A stretch of 64,000 nucleotides of DNA from the NCBI GenBank assembly GCA_038087875.1, contig CM075989.1, positions 7,876,001 to 7,940,000 of the forward strand, read 5' to 3'. Below the pieces are notes generated by a model, which was not told the origin of the DNA, did not search any database, and was given only the letters and a program-made list of their open reading frames with translations. This stretch comes from Malacoraja senta (taxonomy: Eukaryota). This document shows, in pieces, positions 39,050 to 51,345 of this stretch. How positions within the stretch are numbered: position 1 is the stretch's first letter; every line of letters starts with the position of its first letter. The translations under genes were made by a program, and so were the position numbers.

Positions 39050-39990
39050 GGAGATTCCCACTTCAGGTTTGGGAACAGCTCCATCCAAGACCGCAGGAAA
39101 TCGCAGCGTATTGTGGACGCAGCCCAGACACTCACACAAACCAACCTCCCTTCTATTCTTTCGCCCACCACCTCCGCTCGGTTCGCAATAACCAACCTGA
39201 TCTCCCGGTGGCTCAGCACTTCAACTCCCCCTCCCATTCCGAATCCGACCTTTCTGTTCTGGGCCTCCTCCATGGCCAGAGTGAGGACCACTGTAAATTG
39301 GAGGAGCAGCATCTCATATTTCGCTTGGGCAGTTTGTACCACAGTGGTATGAACATTGACTTCTCTAATTTCAGGTAGTCCCTACTTTCTCCTCCCCTTC
39401 TCAGCTCTCCCTCAGCCCACTGGCTCCACCTCTTCCTTTCTTATCTCCCCCCCCCCCCCCACACTCACATCAGTCTGAAGAAGGGTTTCGACCCTAAAGG
39501 TTGCCTATTTCCTTCGCTCCATAGATGCTGCCTCACCCGCTGAGTTTCTCCAGCATTTTTGTCTACCTCCCTTCTATAAATTCCATTTATATCTCACGCT
39601 GCCTCGGCAAGGCCAGCAGCATAATCAAGGACGAGTCGCACCCTGGCCATTCCCACTTCTCCCCTCTCCCATCTGGCAAAAGGTACAGAAGTGTGAAAAC
39701 TCACACCACCAGTTTCAGGGACAGTTTCTTCCCAGCTGTTATCAGGCAACTGCACCATCCAACCGTAACCAGAGAGCCCTCGTCATCAAGTACCTTCCTC
39801 ACCGGGTCCATCAGACCATCTTTGATCAGACCTTACGGGATTTACCTTGCACTAATCGTTGTTCCCTTATCATGTATGTGTACACTGTAAATGGCTCAAT
39901 TATAATCATGTATTGTCTTTCCACTGGCTGGTTAGCAAGCAACAAAAGCTTTTCCCTGTACCTCGGTACACGTGACAATAAACTAAACTG
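39050..39990 (+). mobile_element. Rex1/Babar-type LINE 3' fragment, split by the Penelope insert
   Basis: WFGNSSIQDRRKSQRIVDAAQTLTQTNLPSI // NSIYISRCLGKASSIIKDESHPGHSHFSPLPSGKRYRS...SFFPAVIRQL. Confidence 0.75.
39157..39564 (+). mobile_element. Penelope-like retroelement 3' fragment: GIY-YIG endonuclease C-terminus plus hammerhead-bearing terminal repeat
   Basis: FAHHLRSVRNNQPDLPVAQHFNSPSHSESDLSVLGLLH...KLEEQHLIFRLGSL...GMNIDFSNFR*; 13-bp direct repeat ACCTCCCTTCTAT at 39144 and 39565. Confidence 0.85.
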
Positions 39991-40326
39991 ATGACTAATG
40001 TCGACTGGAATGTGCAGGCGCGCGAGCAATGGGAGAGACCAGGTCCAGCCACGTTGACCAGAATAGTTCTCCCCCTTATCCCAGCCCCGGTACAACTGCT
40101 GCTGTGGGGGGTGGTGCGGGGAAAGGAGAGGAAAAACCAAGGGGAAGAGACTGTAAAAGTGAGTGACTGTAAAACTGCTGGCGAGCCAAGGCTGAGATGA
40201 GCTGGTGCTAGTGGTATCATTTTTCTTAACGCCTGCAGCACATCCACACCGCTCTCTGTGGAGCACCTGGAGGTGTCTAACCAGGTGAATAGTGAAGTTG
40301 GTGAGTTCATCTGCAATCTCTTACAG

Positions 40327-40397
40327 GTGGAGAGAGGGACGAAGTGGAAGATGGGCAAGACCTCCGCAGAACAGAGTCAGACAGTGTTTTAAAGAAG
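40327..40397 (+). CDS. AKAP13: AKAP13 exon
   Basis: ttacag|GT GGA...AAG AAG|gtgagt; GGERDEVEDGQDLRRTESDSVLKK. Confidence 0.94.
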
Positions 40398-40689
40398 GTG
40401 AGTCATGTCTGTCACTACAATAACGCTTCCTCTTCTCATGTGAAAACCGCTTTGGGCTGCCCGCCAGCTATGTGTTAATGAATTCTTCTGGCAGTGAAAG
40501 CCAACTTCCAGCTGACTGGTGATGGCAGCCTCAGCGGAACCATGAGCTTCAGCTGACGGTCCCATCAGTCAGCCGCCTCCCCCACCAGGCTACAGTTGTG
40601 TCGTTCTCATTGGTCCCGGGCATGTTCCCTGTGTCCTATCCATCCATCCGTCCCCTTACCAACCAAAATAAAACTCTGATAATCCAGAG

Positions 40690-41125
40690 AATTGCACGAG
40701 AATGATCCCAGGAATGATTGGATTAGCATAGGATGAGCATTTGACGGCACTTGGCCTGTACTCGCTGAAGTTTAGATTGGTGAGGGGTAACCTCATTGAA
40801 ACTTTCCAAATAGTGAAAGGCCTGGAGAGAGTGGATATGGAGAGGATGTTTCCACTAGTGGGAGCGTCTAGGACCAGAGGCCATAGCCTCAGAATTAATG
40901 GAAGTTCCTTTAGAATGGGAGTGAAGAGGAATTTCTTTAGTCGGAGGGTGGTGAATCTGTTGAATTCAGTGCCACAGATGGCTGTGGAGGCCATCATTGG
41001 GGTTTTCATGGGGTTATGGGAGAAGGCAGGAGACTGGGGTTGAGAGGGATAGATAGATAGATCAGCCATGATTGAACGGCAGAGTAGACCTAATGTGCCG
41101 AATGGCCTAATTCAGCTCCTATAAA
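40690..41125 (+). mobile_element. CR1-type LINE 3' end
   Basis: LGLYSLKFRLVRGNLIETFQIVKGLERVDMERMFPLVGASRTRGHSLRI...NFFSRRVVNLLNSVP. Confidence 0.82.
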
Positions 41126-43609
41126 GTATGACCATGAAATGCGGCTTCAGTCGGGCTCACTGTTCCATCCTGAAAGTGCGTGCCGGTGGGGTTTGGGGTA
41201 AGACCCTAGGCTGTGAGTGTGTGGCTGGGGTCATGAGTGTGAACAGGTTTACAGTCAGAACCTGGGACCGGAGTGATTATATATTCCCCTCTCCCTTTAA
41301 ACTCACTGGATTCACAGGAAAACTGTTCAGTTATACAGCATGGAAACAGGTCCTTCAGCCCAGCTTGCCCACGCCGACCAACATGCCCCATCTACACTAG
41401 TCCCACCTGCCTGCGTTTGGTCCATATCCCTTTAAACTTGTCCACGTAACTGTCTATAAGTGTTTCTTAAATGTTGCGATAGTCCCTGCCTCAACCACCT
41501 CCACTGGCAGCTCGTTCCATACATCCACCACCCTTTGTGTAAAAAAAAAAAATACCCCTCAGGTTCCTATTAAATCTTTCCCCCCTTACTTTAAACCTAC
41601 CCCCTCTGCTTCCCGATTTCCCGACTCTACAAGAGACTGGGCGTCTTCCCGATATATTCCTCACATGATTTTGTTCTACCGCTTTGCACATGTAAAAAGA
41701 AAAGTCAATTAAAAATATATTATATACATCCAAGAGCCCAGAAAATCGGCTAGTCCAGCACGGCAACTTTGTCGGAGTTTCACTGTAACTTGGTTCCTTT
41801 CCCAACTCGGATACACAGTCATCGACCCAGAAGTCTGTCCGTCTCTTAGCTGAGGTCAACAGCTGAGGTAATCCAGAGACCTGGGCAGGTGTTAGTCCAA
41901 AAATATATATGATCAAACCAGAAACCTGGACCAACAATTCAATAGTTTAGAATTATAAACAAGCTCGACAAACCTAACTAGTTGACCAATTTCCTTCAGG
42001 ACTTGCAAACCCACTGCCGAGATGCGACTGCAGACTCACCAATGCCCTCTGCTTTGCCGAGGAATAAAGCATAGGCACAGATAGATAGATTCTTGATTAG
42101 CACGGGTGTCAAGGGTTATGGGGAGAAGGCAGGAGAATGGGGTTAGCAGGGAGAGATAGATCAGCCATGATTGAATGGTGGAGTAGACTTGATGGGCCCA
42201 ATGGCCTAATTTTGCTCCTATCACTTATGACCTTATGTATATTAGTAATTATTACTTTCTAGTAATATAATCAATACTTTCTAGTAATGAACAGATCGCA
42301 AAAGATGAATAATTAGGGGGAAAAGATCTGATGAAGTGTCCCGACCCGAAATATCGTTCGTCCATTTCCCTCCCCAGATGCTCCCTGACCCGCTGCGTTC
42401 CTCCAGCACTTTGCATTTTCCTCGAGTTTTGGGCATCTGCAGTTCCTTGTGTCTCCAAAAGAAATCTGACTGTTGATCAGGTGAATGGATTGAAATCCCA
42501 CCACTGGTGCTGGGAAATGTGAAGGCAGTTAATTAAATAAATCTAGAAGTTTTAAAACGAGCAGGAAGCAACAAAGTGTCGTTGACGAGTCTGTTCCTGT
42601 GCTGTTCCTGTGTGGTGTATTCTAAGAAATGGTGACTCTGAAACTACCAGAATGAAAATGTGTGCTAATGTTTTAACGGGAAGAAGTCTGGAGAAGGTGC
42701 AGAGCAATTAGTGTGACTTAAGTGTTTTTGGAATTGTCGTTCAATGGAAGGACGATGGGAGAGGGGTGCAAACGTCCTCTTTGCCAACATCGCCCGTGGA
42801 TGCACAAAATAATCCTGCATGTTCAGAACCATTACTGTTCAAAGAAATATAAATCTTTCAACCTGAGCTGTTTGTAGCTGCATCCTGGAGACTAATCCGT
42901 AAATCCTGGCGATTCCAGAGCATTCCTGGAGAGTTGGCAGCCCGACTATTTATAGGATCTTGCCCCCCCCCCCCCCCTCCCCAGCCCTCACCCCTTCCAG
43001 CTCCCACACCAGTCCAATTATAACTTTGGACTTAATGTGCCACCTAGTGCATAGAGTTAGCACTGCAGCTAAAGTTCATTATTCTCAGGGTGCGACAGAG
43101 AAACTCACAAATTCCAAAACATTGTCCTCAATACATTATTATAGTCTGGTTACCAAGTGTTCATTGATAATTGATTGTATAATTGTACATTAGTTTGTTG
43201 CGTTGCTGCGTGAATGTGCCGCAGGTCAGGGGCATTGAGTGTAAGAGTCAGGAAGTCACGATGCTACTTTATAAGACTTTAGTTAGGCCTCACCTGGAGT
43301 ATTGCGTACAGTTCTGGTCACCCCATTAGAGGAGGATGTGGAAGCTTTGGAAAGGGTGCAGAGGAAGTTTAGCAGAACTTTGCCAGGATTGGGAGGGTAT
43401 TCGCTGCAGGGAGAGGTTGGACAGATTATTTTGTGCCCTGCAGGCGCCTCCTGCGGCCAACCTTAAAGGCACTGAAGGTAAGGACCCCCCCCCCTGGTTC
43501 TTCCTACCATCCCATGACCAACATCTGCCGGGTCTAAGATGGAGAGCGTTCTTCCCCGCGTTGTCTATCTTTGGAATTCTCCACTATTGATTTGGATGTT
43601 CAGACACTA

Positions 43610-43850
43610 TCCCTCTACTCTCCCCCACTCCCCCCTCTCTCCCCCCCTCCTCTCTCTTCCCCACTCCTCTCTCCCCCTTCCTCTCTCCCACCCTCCTCTC
43701 TCCCCCTCCCCCCCTCTGCCCCTTCCTCCCTTTGCCCCTCTACCCCCTCTCCATCTCCTCCCCTCTCCCCTTCCCCACTCCCCCCTCTCACCCCCCCCTC
43801 TCTCCCCACTCCTCTCCCTCCCCCTCCCCTCTCACCCCCCCTCCCCCCCT
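43610..43850. repeat. C/T-rich low-complexity tract
   Basis: Direct reading. Confidence 0.9.
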
Positions 43851-45131
43851 GTGTGTGTGGGAGGTGGTTTGTGTGCGTGTGATGCCGCAGCCCCCCCCCC
43901 CCCCCCGGCAAACGCGCGTTGAGGGAACGGGACCCAACGAGTCGCCCTTGGTCTAGTGTCTATTGAAATGGAGACTCGTCACTTTTGGGGGTTCCAAGGG
44001 AATCGAGGTTTCTGGGGATAGGACTGGAAAATGGAAAGAACGTAGGATCCTATTAATGAGGGATCAGGCCAGAGTCCCTAGTCTTAGTGGTTCTTCGCGT
44101 CCTGTTGGTAATTATTTACATCTGTTCATCTGATTTGTGCTGACTGAACGCTGCCAGCCAAGCCACAAACAGATGAGAAGTTAAAACTGCTAATGTGACT
44201 GTCCCTGTTCGGAGGGAGTCTGTCAAATAAGCAATAAACATACAGCTGGAGGAACTCAGCAGGTCAGGCAGTATCTGGCGTCTCGTGCCTATCAAATAAG
44301 ACCCTTGAACAAAATAGGTTGCAATTCACCAGGATGAGTGTAAGATTTGTAAACTCTTTATCTCTGTAAGGTTGTGCATGCTTCAAGCCGCCTGCATTTA
44401 TGTTCCGATTAAGAAATAGAAGGGCATTGTACAGAGCGCTTGGCTTCTTATTTGGTGTCGAAACCAGTTAAAATCTCACATGGATGATCTCTCAGCAGAA
44501 CAGGAAGCTGGTGTCTGAGAGGTTTTCTGCGGGAGACGAGGGCATGGGGCATGACCAGGGAAGAAAAGGGGAAGTCTTTGATTGGGTACGTTTAGAAAAG
44601 ATAGTAATGGAACAAGATTGTATAGAAAAAAGTGGCAGCATTAAGATATTAATTGCCATGGGCGGCTATGGACGCCAAGTCATTGGGTTGTTTACACGCT
44701 ATGTGACTGTGTGACTCCATGGTGCAGTTCAGTAACTTGAACTACAGTGCTCCCTATCAATGCTCTACACAGGTTTAGCAGAAGAAGAAGAATAGATGAT
44801 GTTTAGATGACATAATAAACTGAGGAAGGGTTCTGATTCAAAACGTCATCTATTCTCTTTTCCTCTGACCCGCTGAGTTACACCAGCATTTTGTGTCTAT
44901 CATGAGTAGGTTTTTATTTTTTAATTAGAAATTCCACGATATTTCCCAAATATATCCCTCTTAACTTATTCTGAGTCTTCCCTTGCGTAGTGTGGTACAG
45001 TGAGGATACCCTGATGCACTCTCTCAGTGAGTTTGGAAGCGCAGTTTTCTTGCAGAGTTCAAGTCATTTTTAATTTGAAGTTTGCCAAAATAGGTGCAAA
45101 GTCTCATCAGTATTTCACTTTCCTTTCAAAG

Positions 45132-45173
45132 GGGCTGACGGCTAATCTGCTTCTGCCAATCAGAAAGAACGAG
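45132..45173 (+). CDS. AKAP13: AKAP13 small 42-nt exon
   Basis: ttcaaag|GGG...AAC GAG|gtagga; GLTANLLLPIRKNE, like human GGNANLVFMLKRNSE as recalled; phase 0/0. Confidence 0.78.
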
Positions 45174-45408
45174 GTAGGATTTTTTTATTTATTGTTGATG
45201 AGTATATGATGATAAAGCATTGAAAAATGAAGACTTAAAATGTTTATGGCCAATAATAAATGACCTCTGCCTTATCAATCAAAATGTGTAGCCATGGGAA
45301 GGGGGGTAGTGCTCCATAATGTAATCAATAACCATTTGTTCCCAATGAATTTGCTTCTCTCCGAGTGTGGAGTTGTTCCAGCCTTACACAAACTGTTTTG
45401 TGTTTCAG

Positions 45409-45459
45409 CACGTGCTTCAGAAGGTGCTGAACCTGCAGCAATTGCTGCTTGGGTTACAG
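45409..45459 (+). CDS. AKAP13: AKAP13 51-nt exon
   Basis: tttcag|CAC...TTA CAG|gtgagt; HVLQKVLNLQQLLLGLQ, like human QVVQSVVHLYELLSALQ as recalled. Confidence 0.9.
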
Positions 45460-45689
45460 GTGAGTCCAGAATGTTCTCATCATTAGTTTAGTTTATTACT
45501 GGCAGGTGTAGCGAGGTACAGTGAAAAGCTGCTTTATTGAGTCAAGAGTGTTTTAATTTCATTGTCCCAGATAGAACAATGAAATTCCAACTTGCAGCAG
45601 CTCAACAGAATATGGAAACATAGTACACTGTAAACTATATAATAAACGAGAAAATAAAATATGTTCAGGGTGTGTGTATATACATATAG

Positions 45690-45900
45690 CCACATATACA
45701 CACATACAGTAGATACACGCACACACATATACACACACACACACGCACACACATATACACACACATATACACACGCACACACACACACACTCTAACACAC
45801 ACCAACACACACAGACACACACGCACACACATATACACACACATACATATACACGCACACACACACGTACACACACACACACTAACACACACCAACACAC

Positions 45901-45967
<67 letters not shown>

Positions 45968-45990
45968 CACACACCAACACTAACACACAC

Positions 45991-46045
<55 letters not shown>

Positions 46046-46079
46046 AACACACACACACACACCCACACTAACACACACC

Positions 46080-46147
<68 letters not shown>

Positions 46148-46209
46148 CACACACCAACACACACACTAACACACACCAACACTAACACACACTAACACAC
46201 ACACACACC

Positions 46210-46249
<40 letters not shown>

Positions 46250-46330
46250 AACACACACACACTAACACACACCAACACACACACTAACACACACACACAC
46301 CAACACACACACACACACACACACACACAA
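45690..46330. repeat. Long imperfect (CA)n microsatellite, ~640 bp
   Basis: Direct reading. Confidence 0.97.
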
Positions 46331-46616
46331 CAAACAATAAGTTGCAAAAGATAAAGTGCCATCCCGTCAGTGACAAGACTATGCATGATTTTATTCGAGC
46401 TGTCCACAGTGTATATCCGTATCTGTATCTTGACGTATAATCACCATCACTGGTTGTTATGTAACTGGTTGTTACAGATAAAGGGAATAACGTTTAGTGC
46501 CAGTTAAAGTCCGATTAAAGAATTGCTAAAGGATGTGATTCCCCCAACTATATAGTTCTCTCAGCATGTGGGGGTGACACTTCTTTAGACTTTACTTTAG
46601 AGATAGTGCTTGACAT

Positions 46617-46847
46617 AGACTTTAGAGATACAGTGTGGAAACAGGCCCTTCGGCCCACCAAGTCCTCACTGACCAGTAATCACCACATACACTACCACTG
46701 TCCTACACACTAGGGACAATATACAATTTTACCGAAGCACTGGGAGAACGTACAAACTCCACACAGACAGCACCCGTAGTCAGAATCGAACCCGCCATCT
46801 CTGGCGCTGTGAGGCAGCAACTCTACTGCTGCGCCACCATGCCGCCC
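46617..46847 (-). mobile_element. HE1-like SINE, internally deleted
   Basis: Ends ctgcgccaccatgccgccc (reverse complement of the SINE 5' end). Confidence 0.75.
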
Positions 46848-46940
46848 TTTGTGTTGCACTCTTTGAAATGTACCCCAACCCCCCCCCCCCCCTCCCCACC
46901 CGATCGATGACTGTGGCTTTGCTTCCCTCCCACTCGCCAG

Positions 46941-47393
46941 GCAGTGGTGGTGCAACAGGACTCGTTCATCGAGGACCAGAAGCAGGCCCTGAGCGAGCGG
47001 CTGGTGCGGTCACAGGCCCGGCCCAACACGCTGATCGAGCAGGAGAAGCAGCGCAGCCTGGAGAAGAACCGGCAGGAGCTGGCCAACTTGCGGCGGCAGC
47101 TGGAGGAGCGGCGGCGCTGGGAGAAGGAGTGCGAGAGCCGGGAGTGGGAGCTGAACGAGCGGGAGGCCGGGGCGGCCCTGCGGGACGACGAGACGGCCAG
47201 GCAGCGGGCCGAGGTGGAGAAGCAGCGCGAGGAGCTGCGGATGAAGAAGGAGGAGTATCAGCAGGACCTGGAGAGGCTGCGGACCACCCAGAGGCAGCTG
47301 GAGAAGGAGCGGGAGCTGCTGAAACGCAGGGAGGAGCAGCTCACCCACCAAAGACAAGAAGACCTCTTGCACTCTGACTCCCTCAGCTCACAG
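46941..47393 (+). CDS. AKAP13: AKAP13 exon, C-terminal coiled coil
   Basis: cgccag|GCA...TCA CAG|gtaccg; AVVVQQDSFIEDQKQALSER...LIEQEKQRSLEKNRQELANL...YQQDLERLR. Confidence 0.95.
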
Positions 47394-47488
47394 GTACCGA
47401 TGGGGCCCGGGGGGCAGCAGGGCTTTCACCCCTCTTGTGTTTCACTCCACCATCACCGGTAGCAGCCAATTGGATCTGGCCCATGCTA

Positions 47489-48435
47489 GTCACGCAAAGC
47501 TGGAGTAACTCAGCGGGGCAGGCAGCATCCCTGGGGATGCTGAAAAGGAATAGGTGACGTTTGAGTGTCCAGACCCTTCTTCAGACTGAGAGTCAGGGGG
47601 AAAGGGAAATGAGAATGGAGCGGCTGGGCTTGTACACGCTGGAGTTTAGAAGGATGAGAGAGGATCTTATTGAAACATATAAGATTGTTAAGGGTTTGGA
47701 CACACTAGAGGCAGGAAACATGTTCCTGATGGTACACAAAAATGCTGGAGAAACTCAGCGGGTGCAGCAGCATCTATGATGCTGCTGCACCCGCTGAGTT
47801 TCTCCAGCATTTTTGTGTACCTTCGATTTTCCAGCATCTGCAGTTCCTTCTTTAACAACATGTTCCTGATGTTGGGGGAATCCAGAACCAGGGGCCACAG
47901 TTTAAGAATAAGGGGTAGGCCATTTAGAACGGAGACGAGGAAACACTTTTTCTCACAGAGTCTGTGGAATTCTCTGCCTCAGTGGGTAGTGGAGGCCAGT
48001 TCTCTGGATACTTTCAAGAGAGAGCTAGATAGGGCTCTTAAAGATAGCGGAGTCAGGGGATATGGGGAGAAGGCAGGAACGGGGTACTGATTGGGGATGA
48101 TCAGCCATGATCACATTGATCATGTGATCGAAGGGCCAAATGGCCTACTCCTGCACCTATTATCTATTGTTTATTGTCTATTGAGAAATATAAAAGGTAC
48201 ATAGAACAAATGAATGAAAGATATGCAAAAAGCAACGATGATCAAGGAAAAGTGGAGCCCACAATGGTCCATTGTTGGCAGTGGGGTAGGTGATAACGAG
48301 TTATGAAGACAGTGAAACTCAATAGAATGACAGTGAAACTAGTTGGACGAGTAGTGTGCGGGAGGGACGGAGATAGAGGGGATACAAGGGTTACTGAAGT
48401 TAGAGAAGCCAATACTCATACAGATGGGTTGTAAG
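47489..48435 (-). mobile_element. Penelope-like 3' fragment interrupted by a CR1 LINE fragment
   Basis: The two halves join like the uninterrupted copy at ~36330-36420; reverse-strand GMNIDFSNF-like tail at ~48395-48430. Confidence 0.65.
47612..48182 (+). mobile_element. CR1-type LINE 3' end containing a hairpin insert
   Basis: MERLGLYTLEFRRMREDLIETYKIVKGLD // GESRTRGHSLRIRGRPFRTE...LWNSLPQ; (tctattg)n-like tail. Confidence 0.82.
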
Positions 48436-50040
48436 ATCTTCTCTTCGTCCTGCAAAGAATCAATAGAATGAGTTGTCAAGACCCAAAACATCACCCATCC
48501 ATGTTCTCCAGACATGCGCCTGCCCTGAGATCCTCCAGTCCTCTCTGTCTCTTGTAACCAGATTGCAGCATCTGTACTATAGATTGGCAGCAGTCGATAA
48601 TCACTTGTGTCTCCACTTAAAGTGGAGACACAAGTGATTATCGATGCTGCAATCTTGTAGATGCTGCAATCTCGTAAAGTGCTGGAGGAACTCGGTGGGT
48701 CGGGCAGCATCTGTGGAGGGAAATGGACGGACAATGTTACGATTGAGACTGAAGGATCCCTATACGAAACATCACCTATCCGTGTTCTCCAGAGATGCTG
48801 CTTGATCAGCTGAGTTCCTCCAGCACTTTGTCCTTTTTTTGAAAACCAGCATCTGACGTTCCTTATTTCTCCAACTTATCTTTATCCACTCCAGACTTGT
48901 TATTGGAGACACAAGAAACTGCAGATGTTGGAATCTTGAGTGAAGCACAAAGTGTTGGAGTAACTCAGCTGGGCAGGCAGCATCGGGGGAGAGAAATGAT
49001 TAGACGACATTTTGGGTCGGAACCCTACTTCAGGCTTTCGAATCGTGTTCCAAATTGCCACCTGTCCATTCCCTCCATAGATGCTACCTGGCCCATTAGG
49101 TTACTTCAGGGTTTTATAAATTCAGACTTGGTATCGGTTTATCATTGTCGCGTGTGAATGATGCAGTGAAGAACCTTTGTTTGCATGCTGTGCAATAGCA
49201 TTAGATAAAACTATACAAGCCACACACAAGTGCAACAGGTAGAGCAAAGATTATAATAACCAGAGGGCTGAATATAGTTTTTCAGTATTCCGGTCCCAGA
49301 GAAATAGTCCAATTTCTGCAATGAAGTAGGGTTATAATCAAGTTCAGGCTGAATAGCCCCTTTAATAGCAGAAGGGTAGATGTGGGTCAGGGCTGGGATA
49401 TGGTCACAAATGCTTCCTTTCCCTGTCACGGGCCACTGGAGAGCATTCAACGTCCATTGCTTCTCATCCCACCTCTCATCGAAATCCCAACCCATGGGTT
49501 GGGTTGGGAAGTGTCCAACCTCCTAAGCTGAGGGGTCTGAGGTACAGGAGGGGTGGGGGGGGTCGTGGGGTAGGGGGAGGTGGGTGCTGAGGTGAAGGGA
49601 ATGGAGGAGGGATGCTGAGGTACAGGGAGGGGGTGGGTGTGGAGTAAGGGGTGGGGTGTCTGTGGGAATTCTCCGCCTGTCTGTGGAATTCTCTGCCTCA
49701 GAGGGCGGTGGAGGCAGGTTCTCTGGATGCTTTCAAGAGAGAGCTAGATAGGGCTCTTAAAGATAGTGGAGTCAGGGGATATGGGGAGAAGGCAGGAACG
49801 GGTTACTGATTGGGGATGATCGGCCATGATCATATTGAATGGCTATAAGGGCCGAAAGGCCTACTCCTGCACCTATTGTCTATTGTCTTTTGTGTGAGGT
49901 AAGGGGAGGCGTGTAGGTAGGGGGAGGTGGGGTGCTACAGTACGGGGAGGGGAGTGGGGGAGGGGGAGGTGGTGTGGGGAGGTACAGGTGGGGGTGGGTG
50001 AGCAACTGGGGGTGGTGCCCCTGAGTTATGTGGACTCACC

Positions 50041-50044
50041 TCTA

Positions 50045-50119
<75 letters not shown>
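50041..50119. repeat. (CT)n microsatellite forming the polypyrimidine tract of the exon at 50128
   Basis: Direct reading. Confidence 0.95.
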
Positions 50120-50127
50120 GCTCCCAG

Positions 50128-50452
50128 GCTTCAGACCGAGACTCGGCAACACAAGCAGACGAGGGCTCGCCGAGCTCGACGAAACACCCCAGTTGCAACT
50201 CGTTAAACCAGGAGCCCGCGGACGCACACCTCACCAAGAAGGGATCGTCGGAGAACCTCCCCGACCCCCCCTGCACAGACACCACACAGGCCTCCTCCAA
50301 GAAGCCCACCAATCAACCAAGTGGCACTAACCAGACTAACAACCCCATCCCACCACGGTTACTCAAGCTAGCCAAGCCGAAGGAGAAGAAGTCCAAGCAC
50401 CGCAAGAACAAGGGGCAGAGGTCTGGGAACCTGCCGTCGGAGTACGGACCTG
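50128..50452 (+). CDS. AKAP13: AKAP13 penultimate coding exon
   Basis: ctcccag|GCT...CCT G|gtacgt; open in phase 0, ends ...PPRLLKLAKPKEKKSKHRKNKGQRSGNLPSEYGP, like human RLFGLTKPKEKKEKKKKNK as recalled. Confidence 0.88.
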
Positions 50453-51303
50453 GTACGTCACAGGCAGACTGTGGGACCTGAGCAGGATCTGTCAGTTTTA
50501 AGGTGGTAAACACAAAATGCTGGAGTAACTCAGCGGGATAGGCAGCATCTGTGGTTTGTTACAGTTCCAATGTTCCAACAACAGAATGGAAAACAGTGAA
50601 GGAATGGGTGACGTTTCGTGTCGAGACCCTTCTTCACCAATCCCTTCGCTCCAGAGATGCTGCCTGTCCCGCTGAGTCACTCCAGCATTGTGTGTCTATC
50701 TTCGGTTTCAAACCAGCAAAAAGCAGTTCCTTCCTACACATTTAAGGTGGTGTTAGTTAGACATTTAAGATGGCATCAGTGAAGAGACAGGCATTCAAGG
50801 TGACGTTAGTGAGGCATACATTTGGAAGAACATAGAACAGTACAGGCCCTTCGGCCCACAATGTCTGTGCCAAACATGATGCCAAGACCATCACTTATTT
50901 ACCTTCTCATAACCCATATCCCTCCATTCCCTGCATATCCATATGCCTATCCAAAAGTCTTTAAATTGCCACTGTTATAACCGCTTCAGCCACCACCCTC
51001 AGCAGTGTGTTCAAGACACTCACCATCCTCTGTGAAAAGAAAATTGCTCTGCATGTCTCCTTTAAACTTTGCCCCTCTCAACTTAGAGCCATGCCCATCC
51101 TAGGAGAAATATTCTGACCGACTCCTTCATCTATTCTGACTGTCTACGCTATCTATGCCTCTCGTAATTGTATATACTTCTATCAGGTCTCCCGCAACCT
51201 CTGACGTTTCAGAGAAAATAATCCAAGTCTGGATTGTCATTTGAGATGGCATTGATGATTAAGATGGCTATTTAATGGCAAGCCAGTTGTCTCATAACAA
51301 CAT

Positions 51304-51345
51304 AATGAGTCTGAAGAAGGGCCTCGACCCGAAACGTCACCCATT
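51304..51345 (+). ncRNA. Minimal type I hammerhead-ribozyme-like motif (best sense-strand copy, last AKAP13 intron)
   Basis: aatgagt-CTGAAGA-a-ggg cctcga ccc-GAAA-CGTC-acccatt; stem I 6 of 7 pairs; loopless palindromic helix III ACGT. Confidence 0.55.

Noticed and set aside
45534..46407. CV-repeat ORFs
   Set aside because: Translations of the CA microsatellite
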